The notes under the pieces were generated by a model. It did no database searches. It was not told the DNA's origin and saw only the letters and a list, made by a program, of their open reading frames with translations. The translations under genes were made by a program, and so were the position numbers. From Clostridia bacterium (GTDB taxonomy: Bacteria > Bacillota > Clostridia > Christensenellales > UBA3700): a stretch of DNA of 64,000 bases. The DNA lies in assembly GCA_029060065.1 (NCBI GenBank), contig JAIDUT010000058.1, positions 242 to 64,241 on the forward strand. Reading direction: 5' to 3'. Shown here piece after piece: positions 55,562 to 64,000 of this stretch. The stretch's first letter is position 1. Each line of letters opens with the position of its first letter.

Positions 55562-57859
55562 TTATTTTCTCTTCAATCCCGCTTTTTTATATATCAACTT
55601 TTTGTTGATAATTGCGATTACTATAAATACAACCGTAAGAAGTAAAGCGATTCCGATAATACCCACTACAAAACCGATTTCAGGGGTCATAACGAAAGTA
55701 TTAAACTGAGTAATCTCATTTTGCATGTTTTCCGGAAGAGCGGGTAGATTATACGCTTCAGAACCGTCGTTGTCGCCATAGTATACTCGAATGATATTGA
55801 TACTCTGTCCGTCTATCCTTGTCGTAACGTTGCTACCGTCAATATTGCAGTTCACCTGCTTCGGTACGATTGTAGTCATGTTAGGTCCGTTGTACGACGC
55901 TCTCTCACCGCTCATATATTGCATTGAGCTTGCGTTAAGTTTCCCAAAGCCGTCGAATGACAGACTTACGTCCATCGCGCTTGCGTTGACGTTGACAAGT
56001 TTTACGTAGAGAGTTTGTGTTTCTTCATCAACGGAAGCCGAGGAATAAATTCCCTTGGCGGTTATTCCGGTGTCTATATATCTGCTACCGGTATTGTTGG
56101 CAAAAAGCATCTGATTGAAGTAATTGGGCGTCAAAACTATATTTTGAGAATCAAACCATATCATGTTTATATCCCAGCATTGCGCGTTTATCTTGGCGAA
56201 CGTAGGCGCATAAGAAGCCATTTTTACCACGTCGCCGTTGCGTTCCAAAGCCGTGAGATAGCTGGCTTCTTCAACTGCCGACCAAAGATTATTCTCCGAC
56301 CAATACTTTCCTATACCCCAAGGGCTTGCGGCGTATTCGCCTACAAATACTTTCGCGCTATTCCTGTCATAACTATCGTATCTATCGTTGTTCTTAAAGA
56401 GTTTATTTTGCGACGTATAATAATGCTCATCTACCAAAGTGTCGGAATAGTTAGCGCGGATATGTTCCCAACAGTCGTCAAAATACTCTCCGCCAAACTG
56501 AAACGAAGCCGATGAAATTATCGTCAATTCCGGATGAGCTTCTTTAACCGCTTTGTACAGTGCGTCGAAATTACGCCAATAGACTTCTCCCCAGTTCTCA
56601 TTTCCAAGTCCTATGTATTCGATATTGAAAGGCTCGGGGTGTCCGTTTTGGATACGCTTTTGCACCCATTCGTTGCTTATGTCAGTGCCGTTGGCATAAT
56701 CTATTAAATCCATTATATCTTGTATATATGCGTCAAATTCAGCAGTACCCGGTCGTATTGCAAACGTGTCGAGATACTTCTCCCACTCGTCCTTACTCAT
56801 CTTGCCTTGCGCGTAAGCTTTGGCGTTTTGTCTGTAGTCTGCTTCAAATTGACAAATCATACCCACGTTGAGTATAGGCAAGGCTTTTGCGCCCAAGTCT
56901 TCGCAAAGCTGGAAATATTCGTGATAGCCAAGCGCAAAGGTGTTGTTGTAATACTTACCGTTCTCTTCGTCGCGCCATATGTTGTGATACTGCTCTCTTT
57001 CTTCGAGCGGTCCGATTGTCTTTTTCCAGTCAAAAAGATGTTCAAAGGTATCGCCCTCGGCAAGACAACCGCCCGGGAATCTTATAAATGCCGGCGATAG
57101 CGCGTCAAGAGCGTCATATAGGTCTTGTCGCAATGTGACGTATTTCCACTCGTCGCTTCCATATCCGAAAGTGTCGTGCGGAACTAAAGATACGAAGTCT
57201 ACATCGAGTTCTCCTTTGCCTTGAGCAATGAATACCAAAGAGCCGTCTTCGGTGGCTTTGCTAGTCAATACGCAACTTACCTTTACCCATTCATCCTTTT
57301 GCTGCGGAAGTGTCAACGCAATTTTCTCGCTATTGCTTGGCGAAGAAAGTCCCGCGGATATCGTACCCTCAAAGTCTGCGATACGGACGTAGAACGACAA
57401 GTCATACTCTACGTCTTTATGAAATCCCATGTCGGCGGTATTCATTTTATCTTTGTTGTAGTTTTCCGTCAAATTGTCGTAATATTCTATATATCCCAAA
57501 TTCTCAAGTTGAGCAGTGCCGTCAACTACTAAATGTAAATAAGACGGATTTGCTTCGTTTAGTCCGTATATATTCTTGACCTCAGCGCTACCGTCGATAT
57601 TCCAATACGCCGTCGGATTTGCTTCGTATTCAAAACTTCCGTTATTGACAAGCTCGGAAATAAGTCCGCCGTCGCCTGCGTAAGAAATATCTTCCAAGAA
57701 CAAGCCATACATAGTGTCGGCAATTTCCACTCCCATATTGTCTTTAGAAATCGTTGCGTTTACGCTCTTAGGCGAGCCGTTGCACGCGTATAACATACCC
57801 AAGCCTAACGCCAAAATAAGCACTAATGAGATTGACAACAAAAAGTTTTTTCTTTTCAT
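55562..57859 (-). CDS. Alpha-L-arabinofuranosidase-like glycoside hydrolase (GH51-like) with a lipoprotein signal and a C-terminal TM anchor
   Basis: IGLGNENWG is a catalytic acid/base region typical of GH51-type (beta/alpha)8 enzymes. The N-terminus ends in LGMLYAC. The C-terminus is GFVVGIIGIALLLTVVFIVIAIINKK. Confidence 0.7.
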   Translation of the reverse strand: MKRKNFLLSISLVLILALGLGMLYACNGSPKSVNATISKDNMGVEIADTMYGLFLEDISYAGDGGLISELVNNGSFEYEANPTAYWNIDGSAEVKNIYGLNEANPSYLHLVVDGTAQLENLGYIEYYDNLTENYNKDKMNTADMGFHKDVEYDLSFYVRIADFEGTISAGLSSPSNSEKIALTLPQQKDEWVKVSCVLTSKATEDGSLVFIAQGKGELDVDFVSLVPHDTFGYGSDEWKYVTLRQDLYDALDALSPAFIRFPGGCLAEGDTFEHLFDWKKTIGPLEEREQYHNIWRDEENGKYYNNTFALGYHEYFQLCEDLGAKALPILNVGMICQFEADYRQNAKAYAQGKMSKDEWEKYLDTFAIRPGTAEFDAYIQDIMDLIDYANGTDISNEWVQKRIQNGHPEPFNIEYIGLGNENWGEVYWRNFDALYKAVKEAHPELTIISSASFQFGGEYFDDCWEHIRANYSDTLVDEHYYTSQNKLFKNNDRYDSYDRNSAKVFVGEYAASPWGIGKYWSENNLWSAVEEASYLTALERNGDVVKMASYAPTFAKINAQCWDINMIWFDSQNIVLTPNYFNQMLFANNTGSRYIDTGITAKGIYSSASVDEETQTLYVKLVNVNASAMDVSLSFDGFGKLNASSMQYMSGERASYNGPNMTTIVPKQVNCNIDGSNVTTRIDGQSINIIRVYYGDNDGSEAYNLPALPENMQNEITQFNTFVMTPEIGFVVGIIGIALLLTVVFIVIAIINKKLIYKKAGLKRK

Positions 57860-58021
57860 ACAGCCCTCAGATTTATTAAAAAATCAAGATATTTAATAGT
57901 AAAATTATAACATACTATTACTAAACTGTCAATTAACTAAATTTTAAGTTTTCGTATATTATAAAACCAAAAGTCATTCTGACCGGTAAAACTTATGCGG
58001 AAGATAATAAATATAACGGTA

Positions 58022-59152
58022 CTATTTATTTATATAAACTCTATTTACTCTCGGCGCAATACCGCAAACTATCTCGTAATTTATCGTACCTACAAGTTTG
58101 GCAATATCGTTTGCGGTAATTTTTTCTTTTCCTTGACAGCCCAGCAAAGTGACCGTGTCGCCGACTTTTACGTCTTGGATATGCGTGACGTCAATCATAG
58201 TCTGGTCCATACAAATACGACCTATGATAGGCGCTCTTTTACCGCCAACAAGAACGCTTCCTTTGCCGGAAAGCGCTCTGGGATAACCGTCGCCGTATCC
58301 CACTGCGATAGTCGCGACTAAGGTATTTTTCTGAGTTACGAAATCTCCGCCGTAGCTTATGCTTCTTCCCTTGGGAAGCCTCTTGATATGTACTATATGA
58401 GTATGCATGCTCATAACGGGACGTAAATCGTCGGTAGTGTCGACGTCATTAGACGGGAAAAGTCCGTACGTCATTATGCCCATACGTACCATATCGTAAT
58501 TATTAGACGGCATATCCAAAATGCTGGCGCTATTGGCAACGTGGCGCAGACCCACCTCTGCGCCTGCGCTTTTCATACTTTCGACAAATACGTCGAAAAG
58601 ATTTTTTTGCATTTCGGTATAAGACTTATCTCTTTCGTCTGCTTTAGCAAAATGCGTAAAAATCCCTTTGACGTTGATATTGCTAAGACGGCATGCCTCG
58701 ACGGCTTGGCTTACTTCGTCAGGCAAAAAGCCTATTCGTCCCATACCCGTATCCACAGCAATATGAACTTTGGCAATCTTACCGCTTGACACGCAATATT
58801 CGTTGAGCGACTTTGCAACCTCAAAAGAATGCAGGGTAAGCTCGATGTCAAAATCAACGGCGTCTGCATATCTGCTCTTAGCGACGTCTCCTACGGCGAG
58901 TATTGGCAAACTTGCTCCGCTTTTGCGCAATTCTATCCCCTCGTCAACGGTCGCGACGCCAAAATAGTCAAGCAAATCCGCGCAATTTTTAGCAACCTCT
59001 ACCGCCCCGTGTCCGTATGCGTCGGCTTTGACAAGACAAAGTATTTTAACATCGCGACCGACCTTAGCTCTAACAACTTCTATATTGTGTCGCAACGCAT
59101 TGACGTCAATTTCAATATACGTCCTATCCGTCAGTTTATTACGATCTTGCAA
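58022..59152 (-). CDS. alr: Alanine racemase
   Basis: VKADAYGHG is the PLP-Lys motif. The length is 376 aa. Confidence 0.95.
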   Translation of the reverse strand: MQDRNKLTDRTYIEIDVNALRHNIEVVRAKVGRDVKILCLVKADAYGHGAVEVAKNCADLLDYFGVATVDEGIELRKSGASLPILAVGDVAKSRYADAVDFDIELTLHSFEVAKSLNEYCVSSGKIAKVHIAVDTGMGRIGFLPDEVSQAVEACRLSNINVKGIFTHFAKADERDKSYTEMQKNLFDVFVESMKSAGAEVGLRHVANSASILDMPSNNYDMVRMGIMTYGLFPSNDVDTTDDLRPVMSMHTHIVHIKRLPKGRSISYGGDFVTQKNTLVATIAVGYGDGYPRALSGKGSVLVGGKRAPIIGRICMDQTMIDVTHIQDVKVGDTVTLLGCQGKEKITANDIAKLVGTINYEIVCGIAPRVNRVYINK

Positions 59153-59155
59153 ATT

Positions 59156-59995
59156 TTACTCCGTGGCCTTAATGAACTCGTCTAAAAGATACGATTGCAA
59201 CTTTTTGATCATTTCTTCTGCTTTACCGCCCACTTCTTTGCCGTCTACTTTGCCGACTTGCAGACAGAGCGATCCCGAACTTGTGATTATCACTTCGTCG
59301 GCGTTGAAGACTTCTTGCACGGTAAAAGGTTGAATCTTCACGGGGATATTCAAATTCTGACAAGCCTTTATCAAATTATCTCTTGCCACGCCTTTGAGAA
59401 TATAACAATCGGCTGGCGGAGTTATCAAAGCGCCGTCTTTTATTATATGAACATTACTGTGCGCACACTCTGTGACTCTCTCGCCTCTGTGAAAGAGCGC
59501 TTCGTGAACACCCTCTCTCAAAGCTTTTTGCGACGCCATAACGTTAGGAATAAGATTGAGCGTCTTTATATTGCAATGCAAATATCTGGTATCCTCGACA
59601 GTGATAAGGTCAACCTTTTCCGTCATATCAACTATATCGCAAGGACGAATTGTTATCCATATATTTGCAATCATATCGTAGGGATAAGCGTGCGAGCGAA
59701 CTTGCGTTCCGCGCGTTGCTTGCCAACATATCACTAAATTGCCGTCATCGCACAAATTTACCATCTCTTGCAATAGATATTTCAAACCTGCCTTGTCGTG
59801 CGGTAGGCGTATGTCGAGTTGCTCCGCGCTTGAAAAAAATCTGTCGATATGTTCGTCTAGCGTAAAAATCTTGTGATTACGCGCGTAAGTCACGTCATAC
59901 ACTCCGTCGCCAAAACTGCATACTCTGTCAAGCATAGGAATTTGCATTTTCCCTATTTCGTCATATTTTCCGTTGTAATACCCCAATGTTTTCAT
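59156..59995 (-). CDS. dat: D-amino-acid aminotransferase (class IV)
   Basis: FGDGVYDV and the class IV fold pattern are present, and the gene is adjacent to alr. The start is placed at MKTLGYYNG. Confidence 0.85.
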   Translation of the reverse strand: MKTLGYYNGKYDEIGKMQIPMLDRVCSFGDGVYDVTYARNHKIFTLDEHIDRFFSSAEQLDIRLPHDKAGLKYLLQEMVNLCDDGNLVICWQATRGTQVRSHAYPYDMIANIWITIRPCDIVDMTEKVDLITVEDTRYLHCNIKTLNLIPNVMASQKALREGVHEALFHRGERVTECAHSNVHIIKDGALITPPADCYILKGVARDNLIKACQNLNIPVKIQPFTVQEVFNADEVIITSSGSLCLQVGKVDGKEVGGKAEEMIKKLQSYLLDEFIKATE

Positions 59996-60128
59996 AAATC
60001 TCCTCACTAAAACAGCCTACTTTATTATATAAATTCACCAACGCTTTATGACACTGCATATATTTTTATTGACAAAAATATTATTTATTGTTATTATTTA
60101 TACGTTATTATCTAACAAGGATTATATT

Positions 60129-60953
60129 ATGGGAAAAAACTCATTTACTTCATTTGACAAAGATATTTCTATGGAATTAACGCAAGACGAAGAGATGCTT
60201 GTAAGATGCGCGCCTCAAAAGGCGTCGTTTGTGCTATCAAAAAGCGTAGCAATTATGCCATTCGCTTTAATTTGGCTATGCTTTGACGGCTTTGCCATAT
60301 CAATGATTGCTAAGGCAGGAATGCCTACTAGCATGAGAATAGTCATGGTAATATTTTTCGCCTTTCACCTTTTGCCGGTATGGCTATGGATATTTAGCAT
60401 AATAAAGGCGCTAAGAGTACACAAAAATTTAGAGTATGCACTGACCAACGAGCGTATTATCGTACGCGATAAAGATAAACTATTGAGTTATTATTACAAA
60501 GATTTGTGCAAAGTGCAAGTTCGCGTTGGTTTTATTGACAAAATGTTCAAAGTCGGAGATATAGTTATTACTAGAAAAACTCCAACATATGAAAACGGTT
60601 ATAGTTATAATAATATCAATAGGTTTGTCGTAACGCTTCTAGACCTTGCAAATCCGCGCGCAGTAGGAGATAAACTACAAGAATTTATCGACAGCGAAAC
60701 TTCTAAGTTCGACCAAAGCAATAGACAAGACGGCGCCGAGTACGAAAGTTATTACGAAACGGATAATAATAGCAAATTCACTAAAAAATACGACTGCAAC
60801 AACACTAGTAAATACTATAATGATAAAAACGACTATGAAAAAGATTCTATAAGATATACCTCAAAGAAAAAGTCTGAGCCCACTCAAAAAACAGAGGAAG
60901 ACGATTATCTTGATAATATTATGGATTCTATAAATAAAAAAGACGAATTTTAA
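60129..60953 (+). CDS. Membrane protein with a bacterial PH (YdbS/YdbT-like) domain and a low-complexity C-terminal tail
   Basis: Two TM helices are followed by YALTNERIIVRD...GDIVI. An AAGGA RBS precedes the ATG at 60129. Confidence 0.6.
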   Translation: MGKNSFTSFDKDISMELTQDEEMLVRCAPQKASFVLSKSVAIMPFALIWLCFDGFAISMIAKAGMPTSMRIVMVIFFAFHLLPVWLWIFSIIKALRVHKNLEYALTNERIIVRDKDKLLSYYYKDLCKVQVRVGFIDKMFKVGDIVITRKTPTYENGYSYNNINRFVVTLLDLANPRAVGDKLQEFIDSETSKFDQSNRQDGAEYESYYETDNNSKFTKKYDCNNTSKYYNDKNDYEKDSIRYTSKKKSEPTQKTEEDDYLDNIMDSINKKDEF

Positions 60954-61160
60954 TTATATATCGCTTAGTCCTATTAAATAATCGGTTGATACGTTAAATA
61001 GAATAGCTATCTCTCGCAAAGTAACTAGACTTGGCTCGCCTATCGCCAACTCATAACGTGAATATGACTGTTGCTTGATATGCAACTTTTCCGCCATATA
61101 TTGTTGAGAAAAATTATGTTGAATCCTCAACTCTTTCAGTCTTTGCGCAAATATTTTCAT
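60954..61160 (-). CDS. XRE-family helix-turn-helix transcriptional regulator
   Basis: The 68-aa product has LKELRIQHNFSQQYMAEKL...S.YE (HTH_3) and ends DYLIGLSD. Confidence 0.85.
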   Translation of the reverse strand: MKIFAQRLKELRIQHNFSQQYMAEKLHIKQQSYSRYELAIGEPSLVTLREIAILFNVSTDYLIGLSDI

Positions 61161-61183
61161 AAATATTATCCAACTACTTGAAT

Positions 61184-61204
61184 TTTACAGCAAACTGTTG
61201 TAAA
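61184..61204. promoter_or_regulatory. Inverted repeat (operator candidate) between divergent XRE genes
   Basis: TTTACAGCA-AAC-TGTTGTAAA has 9-nt arms with one mismatch. Confidence 0.35.
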
Positions 61205-61262
61205 ATATTCACGTAACAACAAAACGCTGTGAAAATGCGCTATATTGAAACTAAGGATAATT

Positions 61263-61475
61263 ATGAGCGACAAAATATCGGTGGCAGAATTGAGAACAAG
61301 AATAGCTCAAAATATAAAAAAGTGCGACATCAACGTTTCGCAACTTGCGCAGATTACTCATATATCTAACGCTGAAATGCTTGATATCGTGCACGGCAAC
61401 ACTCTACCCAGTATCGACGTGCTGAGAAAATTAAGCGAAACACTCAATATTCCACTAAGTTATTTCTTTGAATAA
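61263..61475 (+). CDS. XRE-family helix-turn-helix transcriptional regulator
   Basis: IAQNIKKCDINVSQLAQITHIS is the HTH. An AAGGA RBS precedes the ATG at 61263. Confidence 0.8.
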   Translation: MSDKISVAELRTRIAQNIKKCDINVSQLAQITHISNAEMLDIVHGNTLPSIDVLRKLSETLNIPLSYFFE

Positions 61476-61530
61476 TTTAATATAATTTTACTCTATATCT
61501 CAAGATGCAATCCTGAAATACAAATCGACA

Positions 61531-61743
61531 TTAATAATTCTCTTTAAGACCCAAGAGATAATCTGCAGAAATGTTGAAAGCCAACGAGATACGTCGCAAC
61601 GTGTCGTATCCCGGGTTAGCTTTACCGTTTAACCATTCGCTGACCTGACTTTGCTTAACGCCTATTGCATTTGCAAAAGCAGTCTGAGTCAAATTATTAA
61701 GAATCATAAACTCTTTTAAGATTTCGTCAAAACTAGGTTCCAT
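61531..61743 (-). CDS. XRE-family helix-turn-helix transcriptional regulator
   Basis: NNLTQTAFANAIGVKQSQVSEWLNG is the HTH_3 motif, and the protein ends DYLLGL. Confidence 0.85.
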   Translation of the reverse strand: MEPSFDEILKEFMILNNLTQTAFANAIGVKQSQVSEWLNGKANPGYDTLRRISLAFNISADYLLGLKENY

Positions 61744-61754
61744 ACTTTTATTAT

Positions 61755-61797
61755 TATAGAAAATTCTATAAATTACTTGACATATAGAAATTTCTAT
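61755..61797. promoter_or_regulatory. Two related palindromes (operator candidates) upstream of the 61531 XRE gene
   Basis: TATAGAA-AA-TTCTATA (61755-61770) and ATAGAAATTTCTAT (61784-61797) flank a TTGACA hexamer. Confidence 0.45.
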
Positions 61798-61984
61798 GTC
61801 AAAATATAAATTTTAATATATCTACCTAATTATTTAACAATTTAATTTTTTCTATTCAGTAACACTAAAAATACTTGGACTTGAACCAATATTTTTGATA
61901 TTCTTAACATATCTGCTATAATAAATACAATTTATTTTCAAAATGGCAATAATACAAACGAAGAATTAAAAGGAGTAACAAAAA

Positions 61985-62587
61985 TTGCAATACGGTTATG
62001 CACGCGTGTCCGCCACGGATCAAAACCTTGGTAGACAAATTGAAGAATTTCTAAAATTCGGTATTAAGAATAACAATATTTTTTGCGACAAAAAAAGCGG
62101 TAAAAATTTTGATCGTAAAGAATACACCCGCCTTATTAAGAGATTGAGAGCGGGAGACCTAGTCGTAATAAAATCTATAGATAGATTGGGGCGCAATTAT
62201 GACATGATAATTGAAGAGTGGAAAAAAATTACCAAGCAGATTGGCGCCGACATACTAGTCTTGGATATGCCTCTGCTCGACACAAGAGATAAAGCCGACA
62301 ACTTGGTGGGTAGATTCATATCCGACGTAGTTCTGCAACTACTCTCTTTTGTCGCTGAAAACGAAAGACAAAACATTCGCGCACGTCAAGCCGAAGGTAT
62401 AGCTCTTGCCAAACAGCGCGGTATCAGCTTTGGCAGACCAAAGAAAAAGTATACCGAGATGTTTGTCGAAGTCACTGAACTTTATATAGAAAAGAAAATC
62501 GCTCTTTCCGACGCGCTTGATTTGCTCGACGTCAGACCCTCGACGTTTTATTACCATCTGCATAAATTAAGTCAAGATTTCCAATAA
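61985..62587 (+). CDS. Serine recombinase (resolvase/invertase family)
   Basis: GYARVSATDQNLGRQ contains the catalytic Ser. IKSIDRLGRN and a C-terminal HTH are present. The TTG start has an AAGGAG RBS. Confidence 0.92.
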   Translation: MQYGYARVSATDQNLGRQIEEFLKFGIKNNNIFCDKKSGKNFDRKEYTRLIKRLRAGDLVVIKSIDRLGRNYDMIIEEWKKITKQIGADILVLDMPLLDTRDKADNLVGRFISDVVLQLLSFVAENERQNIRARQAEGIALAKQRGISFGRPKKKYTEMFVEVTELYIEKKIALSDALDLLDVRPSTFYYHLHKLSQDFQ

Positions 62588-62620
62588 AAAATGCGTCACT
62601 TTTGAAGTGACGCATTTTTT
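62586..62620. terminator. Bidirectional Rho-independent terminator
   Basis: A6, then ATGCGTCAC-TTTTGAA-GTGACGCAT, then T6. Confidence 0.85.
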
Positions 62621-62633
62621 AATACTCACAAGA

Positions 62634-64000
62634 TTATTTCTTGGTTGTCGTTGTTTTCTTAGCAGTCGTAGACTTGCTTGCGGTCGTCGTCTTCTTTGCC
62701 GTAGTAGCCGTCTTTGTAGTAGCAGGCTTCTTTGCGGTAGACGTAGCCTTTGCTGTCGTAGCAGGCTTCTTAGCTGTCGTAGATTTGCTTGCCGTCGTCG
62801 TCTTCTTTGCAGTTGACGTAGCAGGCTTCTTCGTAGCGGTTGAAGTCGTCTTCTTTGCCGTAGTTGCCGTCTTAGCGGTAGCAGGTTTCTTTGCGGTAGA
62901 CGTAGCCTTTGCTGTCGTAGCAGGCTTCTTAGCTGTCGTAGATTTGCTTGCCGTCGTCGTCTTCTTTGCAGTTGACGTAGCAGGCTTCTTCGTAGCAGTT
63001 GCGGTCGTCTTCTTTGCAGTCGTGGTCGTGCTCTTCTTAGTAGCCGGCTTCTTTACAGGAGCTTTTTCGACTACAGGAGCTTCTTCAGCTACTACTTCTG
63101 CGACAACTTCATCGCTAGCCACAGTTTCTTCTGCTGGCGCTTCAACTTCTTGTACTTCTTCGACTACAGTTTCTTCAACTACAGGAGTTTCCTCTACTGC
63201 GGGAGCTTCTTCGACTACAGGGACTTCCTCTGCTACAGCCTCTTCGACTGCAGGAGCTTCTTCTACAGGAGCTTGCTCTTTTACTTCCTCAACTACTTGC
63301 TCTTCAGCCTTTACTTCTTCTTGAGCTACAGGAGCAACTTCTTCGCTAACTGCGCTATCAGCGGCAACTGCTTGCTCTTCTACAGGAGCTACGGTTTCTG
63401 CAACAGGAGCAACTATTGCTTCTTTATTCTTCTTTTGGAAGAGCTTGTCGTTCATAATTAAGAACTTCTCAGCAAGGAACATTATAATCATATCAGCGCA
63501 GGAATAGATAAGCATTGCAAGATAGTTGGCAATTGTCTTTCCTGTACTAAGATTGCTAGCAAAAAGTTTCTGCCATGCGCCTGAATTATTTATTGCGTTA
63601 GCCAACGGTTGGTCAACAATAGTAGTAGTAGCCCACAATGCTACGCTAAAAATTATGTACATAACAATACCGAATGCGAGGTTGCGTCTAGGCTTGAACA
63701 ATACTTTTCTATGCAAAATAAAGTTGATAAGTTTGCAAAGGAAAATACCAATCATCATAACTATGAATGAGCCAAGCGCCGTATTTAACCACGATAAACC
63801 AAACAAATAAAAAGTATGTTGCGCGTCAATCTTTTGAACAAAAGAAAGATCCTTACATAGGTTAAATATTGATTGAACGATAAATCCCACCATACTCAAC
63901 AATACGAAAAGGATTGCTTGCAAAATACCTTTTCCGCCTTTCTTCTTGGGAGCTTCGGGAGTATTGTTATTATTTCCCGTTTCGACCTCTTTGTTTTCAA
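62634..64000 (-). CDS. GtrA-like membrane protein with a long charge-segregated low-complexity tail; 5' end beyond the window
   Basis: The frame stays open upstream of the ORF-track TTG (63923) to the window edge. The TM region includes NFILHRKVLF (GtrA-like). It is followed by a Glu/Val/Ala/Pro-rich block and then a Lys/Thr/Ala-rich tandem-repeat block. Confidence 0.7.
   Translation of the reverse strand, partial: ENKEVETGNNNNTPEAPKKKGGKGILQAILFVLLSMVGFIVQSIFNLCKDLSFVQKIDAQHTFYLFGLSWLNTALGSFIVMMIGIFLCKLINFILHRKVLFKPRRNLAFGIVMYIIFSVALWATTTIVDQPLANAINNSGAWQKLFASNLSTGKTIANYLAMLIYSCADMIIMFLAEKFLIMNDKLFQKKNKEAIVAPVAETVAPVEEQAVAADSAVSEEVAPVAQEEVKAEEQVVEEVKEQAPVEEAPAVEEAVAEEVPVVEEAPAVEETPVVEETVVEEVQEVEAPAEETVASDEVVAEVVAEEAPVVEKAPVKKPATKKSTTTTAKKTTATATKKPATSTAKKTTTASKSTTAKKPATTAKATSTAKKPATAKTATTAKKTTSTATKKPATSTAKKTTTASKSTTAKKPATTAKATSTAKKPATTKTATTAKKTTTASKSTTAKKTTTTKK
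62640..63050. repeat. Tandem direct repeats (159-bp / 53-codon unit, about 2.5 copies) within the coding sequence
   Basis: CTTAGCTGTCGTAGATTTGCTTGCCGTCGTCGTCTTCTTTGCAGTTGACGTAGCAGGCTTCTTCGTAGC recurs at 62769 and 62928 (offset 159). A shorter, diverged copy is near 62656. Confidence 0.85.

Noticed and set aside
62607-63461. Plus-strand ORFs of 69, 227 and 103 aa with bizarre Val/Ala/Phe- or Cys/Arg/Leu-rich repeats.
   Set aside because: They are antisense or alternative-frame read-outs of the tandem-repeat region of the minus-strand GtrA-like gene. They are low-complexity artefacts.

Overview
This is a low-GC chromosomal window that looks Firmicutes/Clostridia-like. That call is an inference from synteny with the B. 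subtilis ylb cluster (rpmF, ylbM/tmcAL, ylbJ, rsmD, coaD), a reverse rubrerythrin, and perR-feoAB. I support about 65 protein genes and 3 tRNAs.

The stand-out is a complete, apparently intact type II-A CRISPR-Cas9 locus at about 33.6-40.4 kb. It has these parts:
- a divergently transcribed tracrRNA candidate (33624-33697, minus) with a near-consensus promoter, an anti-repeat and a hairpin+U7 terminator
- translationally coupled cas9 (1419 aa from the ATG), cas1, cas2 and csn2
- a 46-nt leader ending in ATTTGAG
- an array of 8 identical 36-nt repeats plus one degenerate terminal repeat, with 8 unique 30-nt spacers

Host RNase III (rnc), the known crRNA:tracrRNA processing factor, is also in the window. 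The locus lies between a tRNA-Ser whose 3' end and terminator are duplicated 1.4 kb away and the rpsI-rplM operon. The duplication brackets a decayed islet holding a DUF5131/Gp37-Gp68 gene and a GNAT pseudogene.

Other points worth a second look:
- a DUF1667::glycerol kinase fusion and an RsmD::CoaD fusion
- a mosaic duplicated membrane-protein module flanking an oxidoreductase gene
- a MATE efflux gene behind two tandem terminator-like hairpins
- a cytidylate-kinase-like gene whose conserved N-terminus lies upstream of any canonical start codon
- Fur/PerR-box-like palindromes at perR and feoAB
- three XRE regulators plus a serine recombinase next to a GtrA-like protein with 159-bp tandem repeats
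- a promoter- and RBS-equipped 41-aa Cys-rich ORF just beyond the CRISPR array

All functional calls come from reading motifs by eye. No database search was run.
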